37,779 bases of DNA, taken from the NCBI GenBank assembly GCA_003009755.1, contig PXUB01000016.1, forward strand, positions 1-37,779, written 5' to 3'. The stretch comes from Thermoplasmatales archaeon SW_10_69_26. GTDB taxonomy: Archaea; Thermoplasmatota; SW-10-69-26. The position numbers and the translations under genes were made by a program. Shown piece after piece: positions 27,723-36,615 of the stretch (its first letter is position 1; every line of letters begins with the position of its first letter). Under the pieces are notes generated by a model, which worked only from the letters and a program-made list of their open reading frames with translations, was not told the origin of the DNA and made no database searches.

Positions 27723-28699
27723 GCGACGACGACTGGCGCGGCGTCATGGTGATCGGCGAGCTCGACGGCGACCAGCTGGCCACGTGCACGCTGGAGCTGT
27801 TGAGCAAGGCGCGCGAGGTCACCGACCGGCTGGGCGGGAGGCTTACGTGCCTTCTCGTCGGCGAGGACGCCGACGCCGCCGGCGAGGAGGCGATCCACCA
27901 CGGCGCCGACCGCGTGCTCGTCGATGGAACCCCCCACGATGGGTTCCAGGCCGGCCCGCTCGTCCAACCCTTGGCTCGCTTGATCGCGGACCGCCGCCCC
28001 GAGATCGTGCTGTTGTCCGCCACCGATCTCGGCCGCGATCTGGCGCCCATGCTGGGGGCCCGCCTCGACACCGGCGTCGCCAACGAGTGCGTGGACGTGG
28101 ACCTCGACGTCAGCGACCGCAAGCTGTTGGCCAAACGCCAGGTGTTCGGCGGCCAACTCGAAGAGACGCTGACGACCCCGCACGCTCGCCCGCAGATCGC
28201 CTCCCTGAAACCCGGGGCCGCACGCGAGGGCTTCCCCGACGAGATGCGGTTCGGGGACACGGAGACGATCGACCTCGACCTGGGCTCGGCACCCTCCATC
28301 GAGGACACGCTCCCCGCCCAAGCGCCGGCCATCGAGACGGCGGACACGCTCGTCGTCGGCGGGCGCGGCGTCTCCACGGAGGCCTGGTCGGCCTTGGAGG
28401 AGCTGGCCGACGAGATCGGCGCCGGCCTCGGCGCCACGCGCGCCGCCGTGCACGGCGGCCGCGCCGACGAGGACCTGCTCGTCGACGCCACCGGCCGCTC
28501 GGCCCAGCCCGAACTGTACCTCGGCTTCGGCGTGTTCGGCGCCTTCGAGCACGTGATGGCCGTCGAGGACGCCGAGTGGCTGGCCGCGATCGTGCGCGAC
28601 GAGGAGGCCCCCATCGTGGATCGAGCCGACTGGGCGCTGGTCACCGATCCCGCCCAGGCCGCGCGCGAGCTGCGTGAGCTCGTCGCCGAGGACCGCTGA
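27719..28699 (+). CDS. etfA: Electron transfer flavoprotein alpha subunit (divergent)
   Basis: GADRV, GRDLAP.LGARL, FGG, VVGGRGV, LA..IGA.LGATRAAV, PELYLGFGV.GA..H. ATGA overlap with etfB. Confidence 0.88.
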   Translation: MSDDDWRGVMVIGELDGDQLATCTLELLSKAREVTDRLGGRLTCLLVGEDADAAGEEAIHHGADRVLVDGTPHDGFQAGPLVQPLARLIADRRPEIVLLSATDLGRDLAPMLGARLDTGVANECVDVDLDVSDRKLLAKRQVFGGQLEETLTTPHARPQIASLKPGAAREGFPDEMRFGDTETIDLDLGSAPSIEDTLPAQAPAIETADTLVVGGRGVSTEAWSALEELADEIGAGLGATRAAVHGGRADEDLLVDATGRSAQPELYLGFGVFGAFEHVMAVEDAEWLAAIVRDEEAPIVDRADWALVTDPAQAARELRELVAEDR

Positions 28700-28714
28700 C
28701 CCGGCTCCTCCCCA

Positions 28715-31219
28715 ATGGACCCACTGGCGCGCTTGGCTCGCGGCTGCACCCGGCATCCGTGGGTGACCGTTCTCGTCCTCGCGGCCGCGACCGTCGGCTT
28801 CGTCGCCGGAGCTCCCGCCCCCGAGCGCGCCGACCTCGACGAAGTGTTCGTCCCCGAGGAGTTGCCCTCACGCCAGGCCGCCGACCGGATCGCGGACACG
28901 TTCGGCGAGACGACGCCCGCCCTCGTCCTCTTCGACGGCCGAGCCCCCACCGATCCCGACGTGTTGCGTGCCCAGGCCCGCCTGGCGGACCAGGTCGCCG
29001 ATCCAACCCCCGTCGAGGCGCGCAGCCTGGCCCACGCCGTGGAGCAAGCCACCGGCCAAGACCCCCGCCAGCTATCCGACGAGGACCTGCAAGCGGCCGC
29101 CGAGGAGGTCACCCGCCGCCCGCAGACCGCCGGCCTGGTCGGCGAGGAGGCCAGCCTGCTCGTGCTCGGGTTCCCGGCCGACGCCGACGAGCGGGCGATC
29201 GTGGACGCGACCCAGGCCGGCCTCGAGGGCATCGACGACGATCTTGCGGGCCTCGAGGTCACCGCCTCCGGCCCAGCTCACCTCACCGTCGACCAACGCG
29301 AGTCCGGCGAGGGCGACCTGCAGGTGCTGATGCCGCTGGCGGGCCTGGTGCTGTTGGTCGTTCTCTACGCGACGTTCCGGCGAGCCTCCGACGTGGGCGT
29401 GTGCCTGGCGACCGTGTTCGCCGCCACCGGGCTCGCCTACGCCGCCTTGCCGTGGCTGGGGGTGCCCTTCTCGCCGCTGTTGTTCAGCGTGGCCCCGCTC
29501 ATCGTCGGGCTCGGCGTCGACTACGTGCTGCACATCGTGTACGCCTACCAAGACGAAGCCGCCACGCAACGCTCGGCGCCGGCCGCGATGGAGCGGGCCG
29601 TCCACCGCGTCGGGCGTCCGGTCGCCTTCACCGTCGTCACGACCTGCATCGGGTTCGGCTCCTTTCTGGCGTCCCCGATCCCGCAGATCCAGCACTGGGG
29701 CGCGTTGATCGGTTCTGGGGCGTTGGCAGCCTTCGTGCTCGGCTTCACCCTCCTGCCGGCCGCGGTGGGGCTGCGCGACCGGGAACAGACCCCCGAGGAC
29801 CGCCGTCCCGGCTGGCCGGGCGTGATCGTCGACAAGCTCGCGGACGGCGTCGGGGCCCGCCCCATCGGCGTACTCGCCGGGTTGGCCATCCTCACGGTCG
29901 CCGCCGGGGCCGGGGTCGCCTCGGTGGACGTGGCCGAGTCGGTCGCGCAGACGGACACGACCACGCCCGCCGAGCGGCGGCTGGACCGGATCGAGGCGAC
30001 CGTCGGCACGCAAGCCAGCGCTCGGGTGCTCGTCGAGGGCGAGGCCGGCGACCTGCGCGAGCCGTTGGACGAGCTCTCGCAAGCGCTGGCCGACCGGCCC
30101 GGCGTCGAGGCCCTCGACAGCCCCACCCAGCGAGCCCGCGCCCAAACGAACGGGTCCCTGCCGGCGGAGGACACCTACCGGGAGCTCGTGGCCGAGGGCC
30201 CGCCCGGGGAGCTCACCGCCGACGGGATCACCGTGATCGAGCTCCGCTACGACGACGGAGACCCGGAGGCCGTGTTCGACGCCATCCGGGACACCCTGGA
30301 GACCAGTCCGCTGGAGGCCCAGCTCACCGGATCGGCGGTGATCCGGGAGGACAGCTCGGGCCTGATCTTGCCCAACCTGGTCCGCTCCACCGGCGTAGCG
30401 TTGGCGCTCGTGGGCGTGACGCTGGCCGCGATCCACCGCTCGTGGCGCTGGACCGCGCTGGCCGCAGCCCCGCTGGGGCTCGTGCTCGTCTGGCAGTTCG
30501 GCGCCATGGGCGCCCTCGGCGTCGACCTGAACCCCGTTACCGGGGTCACGACGGCCATGGTGATCGGGATCGGCGTCGACTACACCATCCACACGACCCA
30601 AGCCACGCGGCGCGCGCTGGCCGAGGGACGATCGGGAGCCCAGGCGGCTCGCGCCGGCCTCGGCGAGGTCGGCCGCCCGGTGTTGGCAGCGACGGTAACG
30701 ACCACCGGCGCCTTCCTGGTGTTGGCCGTCTCGAACAACCCGCAGGTCGCCCAGTTCGGGCGCGTGGCGGCCGTCGTCATCGCCAGCGCGTTCCTCGCCA
30801 GCCTGACGTCGGTGCCTGCGCTCGTCACCCTCTTCGGCCCGGAGACCGACGACGACACGAGCGAGGCCGACGATCCGGCGGCCGAGCCCGAGGCCCGCTG
30901 GCGGTTGCACCGGGTCCAGTGCCCGGCCTGCGGGGCCTCCGGAGCCCTGGCTCGGCCACGGTCCATCGCCGCTGTGGGCGAGGCCACGTGCCGGGCCTGT
31001 GGGGGCGCCGTGCCCGTCGAGGGCGCGGGTCGGCCGGTCCCGTCCGCGCCGGAGGTGGGGCCCTTCCAGCGCTGCCTGCGGTGCCGGGCGCGGTGGAGCA
31101 GCGACGGTCGCGCCGGGACCGGCGTCGAGCTGGAACGGTGCCCACGCTGTGGCGAGGCCGACGATCTGCGGCGCGTGCAGCGGGTCCCCTGGCCGTCGAT
31201 CAGTAGGGGTCGTCGGTGA
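28715..31219 (+). CDS. MMPL/RND-family transporter with C-terminal double zinc ribbon
   Basis: Two MMPL halves with GLGVDYVLH and GIGVDYTIH motifs. The tail carries CPAC, CRAC, CLRC and CPRC. Confidence 0.9.
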   Translation: MDPLARLARGCTRHPWVTVLVLAAATVGFVAGAPAPERADLDEVFVPEELPSRQAADRIADTFGETTPALVLFDGRAPTDPDVLRAQARLADQVADPTPVEARSLAHAVEQATGQDPRQLSDEDLQAAAEEVTRRPQTAGLVGEEASLLVLGFPADADERAIVDATQAGLEGIDDDLAGLEVTASGPAHLTVDQRESGEGDLQVLMPLAGLVLLVVLYATFRRASDVGVCLATVFAATGLAYAALPWLGVPFSPLLFSVAPLIVGLGVDYVLHIVYAYQDEAATQRSAPAAMERAVHRVGRPVAFTVVTTCIGFGSFLASPIPQIQHWGALIGSGALAAFVLGFTLLPAAVGLRDREQTPEDRRPGWPGVIVDKLADGVGARPIGVLAGLAILTVAAGAGVASVDVAESVAQTDTTTPAERRLDRIEATVGTQASARVLVEGEAGDLREPLDELSQALADRPGVEALDSPTQRARAQTNGSLPAEDTYRELVAEGPPGELTADGITVIELRYDDGDPEAVFDAIRDTLETSPLEAQLTGSAVIREDSSGLILPNLVRSTGVALALVGVTLAAIHRSWRWTALAAAPLGLVLVWQFGAMGALGVDLNPVTGVTTAMVIGIGVDYTIHTTQATRRALAEGRSGAQAARAGLGEVGRPVLAATVTTTGAFLVLAVSNNPQVAQFGRVAAVVIASAFLASLTSVPALVTLFGPETDDDTSEADDPAAEPEARWRLHRVQCPACGASGALARPRSIAAVGEATCRACGGAVPVEGAGRPVPSAPEVGPFQRCLRCRARWSSDGRAGTGVELERCPRCGEADDLRRVQRVPWPSISRGRR

Positions 31220-31745
31220 CGAACCCGACGAAGGCGCCCCAGGCACCGAGGATCAGGTGCAGGACGTTCTCGCCCGGCTCCAGGTGCAGCGTCGTGAGGT
31301 TCTCCAGCAGGTCGACGAAGCCCCCGAGGAACCCGGCGACGCCGAGCAGGAGGTAGACGACGCCGATCGCGCCGGCGGTCGGCTTCGAGGCCCCGCTCGT
31401 GCGCAGGCCCGTGAACCCGAACGCGAGCGCGATCGCAGCCAGCGCGACGTGGACGACGTTGTGCGCCCAGTCGAAGACGAGGATGTTCTCCATCGCTTCC
31501 ACGTTCGGCACGTAGGCGTAGTTGCCGCCGATCGCGTTCACGACGAACCCCGCGAGGGCGATCAACGCGAGCAAGACCCCGCTGATCCGCCAGTAGCCCG
31601 AGGGCGTGTCGAGGTCCCAGGCCCCGACCGTGGTCCCCTCGTCGGCGAGCCCCTCGGGGGGTTGCGAGGGCTCCTCCGCGGGTCCGTCTCCACCGTGCCC
31701 CGTTCCCGGGGCCTCGTCCGTGTCCTCCTCCGTTCCGTTGGGCAT
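31200..31745 (-). CDS. DUF4383-like membrane protein
   Basis: Four TM segments with AHNVVH, GVVYLLLGVAGF and ENVLHLILG motifs. ATG at 31745. Confidence 0.75.
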   Translation of the reverse strand: MPNGTEEDTDEAPGTGHGGDGPAEEPSQPPEGLADEGTTVGAWDLDTPSGYWRISGVLLALIALAGFVVNAIGGNYAYVPNVEAMENILVFDWAHNVVHVALAAIALAFGFTGLRTSGASKPTAGAIGVVYLLLGVAGFLGGFVDLLENLTTLHLEPGENVLHLILGAWGAFVGFVTDDPY

Positions 31746-31885
31746 AGTACCACCGACCACAGCGGCTGCCACGGGAAGAACGCTACGCTCTCGCTCGACC
31801 CTCGCTCCGATCGACCTCGTCGGGCCGCCTTGTCCCAGGCCACCACCCGAACCCTCATAACGCTCGAGCCCCAAGCACCGGACAC

Positions 31886-33829
31886 GTGCCACGACCTCCG
31901 TCCACGAACGACGCGGGCCTCAAGGAGCTTCGCGACGAGACCCCGCAGGCCTTCCTTCGCCTGTTGTTCCGCTACGGACGCCGCCATTCGCCGATCCTGG
32001 CCACCGGCGTCTTCACGGGGATCGTGGCTCGCGCCCTCGAGCTGTTGCCGGCCTTCCTGCTCGGCCTCAGCCTCGACACCGTGTTCTACAGCTCGCGTGC
32101 CTTCGCCGTGCCCGGCTGGCCGGCCGCCTGGACCCCCACCGACCCCACCGGTCAACTCGTCCTGCTCGGCAGCTTGATCGGCGTGGCCTACGTGGGATCC
32201 GCCGGGTTGGGCTGGCTGAACGGCTGGGCCTGGAACCGGTTGGCCCAGCACATGCAACACGAGGTCCGCACCGACGCCTACGCCGCCATGCAGGAGCTGG
32301 AGGTCTCCTTCTTCGACGAGCGGCAGACCGGCGAGCTGATGAGCGTGCTCAACAACGACGTCAACCAGCTCGAGCGGTTCCTCAAGCACGGCCTCAACAT
32401 GGGGTTCCGCATCGTCGTCCTCATCGGCGGCATGGCGGCCGTCATGTTCCTGCTCAACTGGCAACTGGCCCTCATCCCGCTGTTGTTCATCCCGGCGCTG
32501 GGCCTGGCCAGCTTCTGGTTCGTCGACCGGATCTACCCCAAGTACCAGGCCGTCCGCTCGGCCGTCGGCGAGCTCAACTCCCGGTTGGAGAACAACCTCG
32601 GCGGCATCGAGGTCGTCAAGGCCTACCGCCGGGAACCCTTCGAGCGCGAACGCGTCGAGGAGGCCAGCGAGGGCTACCGCGACGCGCAGTGGGACGCGAT
32701 CACGACCCGCATCCGATTCTTCCCCGCCCTGCGACTGCTCACGGCCAGCGGTTTCCTCGCCACGTTCTTCGTCGGCGGCCTGTGGGTCGTCGGGTCCGCG
32801 CCAGCGTTCTTCGCCGGCACCCTGACGGCCGGCACGCTCGTCACGTTCCTCCTCTACACGCGCCGGTTCATGTGGCCGATGCGCGAGTTCGGCCGCATCG
32901 TCAACGACCACCAGTACGCCGAGGCCGCCAGCGAACGCATCCTCGGCCTCCTCGACCGCCCGCCCAGCATCCACACGGCCGAGGACGCCATCGAGCTGCA
33001 AGCCGTGGCCGGCCACGTGAGCTACGAGAACGTGTCCTTCGCCTACCGCGGCGCCGACGAGCCGGCGCTGGAGAACATCGACCTGGACATCGATCCCGGC
33101 GCCACCGTCGGCCTCGCCGGCCCCACCGGCGGCGGCAAGACCACGATCACCAAGCTGTTGCTCCGCTTCCACGACCCCGACGAGGGCAGCCTCCGCCTCG
33201 ACGGGGTCGACCTCCGCGAGGCCGACCTGGCCAGCCTGCGCGAACGGGTCAGCCGCGTCCGCCAGGACGCCTACCTGTTCCACGGCACCGTCGCCGAGAA
33301 CGTCGCCTACGGCGCCGCCGACGCCGACCGGGACGACGTGCGTCGAGCCGCCGAGCGCGCCGGCGCCCACGAGTTCGTCGACGAGCTGCCCGAGGGCTAC
33401 GATACCATGGTCGGCGAGCGCGGCGTCAAGCTCTCCGGCGGGCAACGCCAACGCATCGCGCTGGCCCGGGCGCTCGTCTCCGATCCCGACGTCTTGATCC
33501 TCGACGAAGCCACCAGCCACGTCGACAACGAGACGGAAGCGATCATCCAGGAGCGCCTGGCCGAGGTCACCGAACCGATCACGACGATCGTCGTGGCCCA
33601 CCGCCTGTCCACGGTCCGCGACGCCGACCGTATCGTGGTCGTCGACGAGGGCCGCGTGCTCGAGCAGGGGACCCACGACGAGCTGCTCGCCAGCGGCGGG
33701 CTGTACGCCACGCTGTGGAACGTGCAAGCCGGCCAGATCACGAACGGCGACGCGACGGGGACCACCGTCGAGGGCGGCCAAGCCGGCGAGCCGTGGGCCC
33801 AGCCGCCGAAGAAGGATCCCGAGCGGTAG
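31886..33829 (+). CDS. ABC exporter, fused permease + ATPase (MsbA/MdlB-like)
   Basis: FFDERQTGELMS, Walker A GPTGGGKTT, LSGGQRQR, ILDEATS, VAHRLST. Confidence 0.95.
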   Translation: MPRPPSTNDAGLKELRDETPQAFLRLLFRYGRRHSPILATGVFTGIVARALELLPAFLLGLSLDTVFYSSRAFAVPGWPAAWTPTDPTGQLVLLGSLIGVAYVGSAGLGWLNGWAWNRLAQHMQHEVRTDAYAAMQELEVSFFDERQTGELMSVLNNDVNQLERFLKHGLNMGFRIVVLIGGMAAVMFLLNWQLALIPLLFIPALGLASFWFVDRIYPKYQAVRSAVGELNSRLENNLGGIEVVKAYRREPFERERVEEASEGYRDAQWDAITTRIRFFPALRLLTASGFLATFFVGGLWVVGSAPAFFAGTLTAGTLVTFLLYTRRFMWPMREFGRIVNDHQYAEAASERILGLLDRPPSIHTAEDAIELQAVAGHVSYENVSFAYRGADEPALENIDLDIDPGATVGLAGPTGGGKTTITKLLLRFHDPDEGSLRLDGVDLREADLASLRERVSRVRQDAYLFHGTVAENVAYGAADADRDDVRRAAERAGAHEFVDELPEGYDTMVGERGVKLSGGQRQRIALARALVSDPDVLILDEATSHVDNETEAIIQERLAEVTEPITTIVVAHRLSTVRDADRIVVVDEGRVLEQGTHDELLASGGLYATLWNVQAGQITNGDATGTTVEGGQAGEPWAQPPKKDPER

Positions 33830-34175
33830 AAGCCGGCAACCAGCTACCGTCGATCGCGGGGGTCGCGTGTCGGGCAGCCGGCCGCTCACGGGACGCACCG
33901 TGGGCGGCGAGCGAGGGCGGGCGGCGACCGATGGGTCGGACCGAGAGAGCGTGGGGCGACCGCGGCAGGGCTGGGTGCCGAACGCGAGATCTCGATCGGG
34001 CAAGGGCCGGCTGACGGTCGCCAACGATCCGACGAACCCGAGTGAACAGCGATATCGCTGGCCCCGCTTGCTCAGCGGGCTCCCAACCCCCGCCCCCTCC
34101 GCGCCCTGCCTGCCTCTGGCCTCGACTGGGGCGAAAAGACGAGGGCGACCCGCGTGAGCGGCCACCATCGGCCGC

Positions 34176-34477
34176 CGGGCGGGCCCATGCCAGCCTGGCC
34201 AGACCGCCGGCAGGGTCACCCGACGGGGTGATGGGATCGGGCAAAAGCCTGGTCCCGACGTGACGCAAAGGGACCACATGGGTTCCGGAGCCGGGGCTCT
34301 CGGAGCGTTGCGTTCTCGTATCGAACCTCCGCGGTCAGCACCCAGTGCTGAGCGGTCGCTGGCAAGAAGCGCGAAGCAGCGGTACCCTCTGCGGTACCGC
34401 GATGCAGCGGGACGCGGCCAGCGTGACCGGCTCAGGCCACGGTCTCGATGGGAGACCATGAGGGAGCCGCCCGCCCG
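34176..34477. ncRNA. Candidate ~300-nt structured RNA or palindromic element, family unknown
   Basis: 9-bp closing stem 34176-34184/34469-34477 enclosing at least 7 local stems and a possible pseudoknot. Lies in a 650-bp convergent intergenic gap. Confidence 0.45.
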
Positions 34478-34479
34478 AG

Positions 34480-34986
34480 CTACTCCCCGATGGACCAGAT
34501 CTCGTCGCCGACGTGGTGCCAGATCGAGATCGCCTTGCCGCTGGAGGCGTCGACCATCTCGGGTCCGTCGACGAGCGCGTGCCCGATGCCGAGCGGTTGC
34601 TCGTGCTCGATGTCGACGACCCACACGAGATCGCCGTCCTGGATGGCGTCGTCGGCGTCGGTGATGCCGGGGCTCATCACGTCGGCTCCGTTGCGCAGGT
34701 GGGGGACGGCCCCCATGTCGACGGTGACCCGCCCCTCTGCGGGTCGGTGCTGGAGGAGCGCGCGAAGCGTCGGCGTGGCCTCGTCGACGTCGGAACCCTC
34801 GAGCACGACGAGCACGTTGCCCTCGTGCAGCAACAGCTCGTAGGGCCCGGCGCGGGCCTTCTCGACGAGCGCGTCGCCGTCCTCGGGCAGCGGTCGGATG
34901 CCGAGGTGGTCGTCGACGCGTTCGTTGGCCTCGCGGATGTCGTCCCCGCTGATCGGGTGCCGGTTCTTCAGCGTCAGGTCGGCCAT
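34480..34986 (-). CDS. PUA-domain RNA-binding protein (pre-PUA + PUA, MCT-1-like)
   Basis: PTLRAL, VTVDMGAVPHLRNGADVMSPGI, GKAI..WHHVGDEIW. Confidence 0.9.
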   Translation of the reverse strand: MADLTLKNRHPISGDDIREANERVDDHLGIRPLPEDGDALVEKARAGPYELLLHEGNVLVVLEGSDVDEATPTLRALLQHRPAEGRVTVDMGAVPHLRNGADVMSPGITDADDAIQDGDLVWVVDIEHEQPLGIGHALVDGPEMVDASSGKAISIWHHVGDEIWSIGE

Positions 34987-35171
34987 CGCATACGGCGATG
35001 ACGGCTTGCGCCTTAGCTGTGGGGTTGCCCCGTCCGTCGGGTCGAGGTCCCTCGCACGGGCCGGGCAGCGTCCCCGTTCGTCGAGACCGGCTCGACGCGG
35101 GCGTTGGGACGTAGGCTCGGTCGAGGCTTGAGCCTACCGGACGCCCAACATTCATTCTTTCATGCTAGTCT

Positions 35172-36419
35172 TTGTCGCCGGTGAGTGGCTTGACCAAACC
35201 AAGGGTTTCCAGCGGAGTCCTGGGGTTGTTGCTGGTTCTCGGACTGGCGATCGGTACCGCCCCGTTCTCCGCCCAGGCTGGGAGTGGCACAGTGGAGAAA
35301 GACAAGGACACGACGAAAGCTCTCTTCGAGGACGGGATCCCGGACGACATCGAGAGCTGGGCCGAGGACAACGGCGCGACGGTGAACGCGCAGGAAGAGC
35401 GGATCGACTACGTCCGATTCGCCCTCGACTCGGATACGGAAGGGGACGAGTTCCTCGACAAGCTCCGGAACCGGTCCGACGTCACGTGGGCGAACTACGA
35501 TGCTTTCGCCCGGACGACGCTGGTACCGAACGATCCCGCCTGGCCGGTCCAGTACGGACCGAGAATCATCGACGCCCCCGAGGCGTGGAACAAGACGACC
35601 GGCGACGACGCCGTTCGCCTGGCGGTCCTCGACACCGGGGTCGACGGGACGCACCCCGACCTCGACGCCCCCTGCGGTCTCGACCGCGGCAGCGACTCGA
35701 ACGGACACGGAACACACGTCTCGGGGATCGCTGCCGCCGAGATCGACAACGGCGGCCACATCGCTGGCATGGCGCAAATCGATCTGGAGTCGTACCCGGT
35801 CTGCGACAACAACGGCCGCTGTCGGATCAGCGACATCGCCCTGAACATCGTCGAGGCGTCGGCATCCGGCGTCGACGTGATCTCCATGAGCCTCGGCGGG
35901 GACTGCGAGACGGACGACAGCGCGTTCTGCCGAGGCCTCCAGGAGGCCATCGACTTCGCCTGGCAGAACAACGTCGTGGTGGTCGCCGCCTCGGGGAACG
36001 ACGGACGCGAGCGTGACGTCTCCGAACCCGGCTCGATGGATCACGTGGTCGCGGTCGGCTCCGTCGACGCCGACAAGAACCGCTCCTCGTTCTCCAACGG
36101 TGGCTTCGGGCTCGACCTCGTCGCCGCCGGCGAGGACGTCCGGTCGACGGTCCCGAGCACGAGCGGCGTCTGCGGACCCGAGGCCGACCTCATGTGCAAC
36201 CTGACCGGCACCAGCATGGCCACGCCTCACGTCTCCGGGCTCGCGTCCCTCCTGCGGAGCGTCTGTCCGTCGCTGGCCAACGACCGGGTCGTCGACGTCC
36301 TGACGGACAATACCGAGGACCTGGGGGACGGCGGATGGGACCGGCTCTACGGGTACGGGTTACCGAACGCGGACGTGGCGTTGACGGACGCGGAGAGCCG
36401 CTGCGACGGCTCGCTGTAG
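35172..36419 (+). CDS. Secreted S8 subtilase (thermitase/halolysin-like, Cys-rich, no C-terminal extension)
   Basis: Signal peptide and prodomain. Catalytic triad VLDTG, HGTHVSG, GTSMATPHVSG; oxyanion AASGN. Exact start uncertain. Confidence 0.93.
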   Translation: MSPVSGLTKPRVSSGVLGLLLVLGLAIGTAPFSAQAGSGTVEKDKDTTKALFEDGIPDDIESWAEDNGATVNAQEERIDYVRFALDSDTEGDEFLDKLRNRSDVTWANYDAFARTTLVPNDPAWPVQYGPRIIDAPEAWNKTTGDDAVRLAVLDTGVDGTHPDLDAPCGLDRGSDSNGHGTHVSGIAAAEIDNGGHIAGMAQIDLESYPVCDNNGRCRISDIALNIVEASASGVDVISMSLGGDCETDDSAFCRGLQEAIDFAWQNNVVVVAASGNDGRERDVSEPGSMDHVVAVGSVDADKNRSSFSNGGFGLDLVAAGEDVRSTVPSTSGVCGPEADLMCNLTGTSMATPHVSGLASLLRSVCPSLANDRVVDVLTDNTEDLGDGGWDRLYGYGLPNADVALTDAESRCDGSL

Positions 36420-36466
36420 CCCGCGGTGCCAGCGGGGACCGGCCCCGCCGGTCCGCTTCCTCCCGT

Positions 36467-36478
36467 CTTCTTTTTTCC
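36467..36478 (+). terminator. Putative oligo-T archaeal terminator after the S8 gene
   Basis: TCTTCTTTTTTC pyrimidine tract about 50 nt after the stop, preceded by a GGACCGG...CCGGTCC hairpin. Confidence 0.5.
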
Positions 36479-36615
36479 AATCTCGTCGAGCCCCCGACCG
36501 GCGGTGATCCTGCAGCGCCCGGCCGCGGTCCCATCGTCCTCCGGCCGCTCGTCGATCCTGCAGGCTACACGGTCGGATCAAGCGACCCCGGGTAGCCTTG
36601 TTGGGGGGTCGTCGC

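Noticed and set aside
34176-34477. RNase P RNA or SRP RNA
   Set aside because: Size fits, but I could not find GAGGAA-N-UCC / ACAGAA P4 motifs or the SRP helix-8 GNCAGG..GGAA..AGCA motif on either strand.
31562-35155. 1197-aa minus-strand ORF and similar long ORFs (43-1347, 1920-3593, 12904-15057, 28759-31206, 29072-31246)
   Set aside because: Antisense or off-frame shadows of real genes in high-GC DNA. They are Arg/Pro/Gly-rich or mirror-coded and have no family motifs.
36506-36563. 10-bp direct repeat GATCCTGCAG between the S8 and repeat-protein genes
   Set aside because: Too short, with only two copies, to distinguish from chance.
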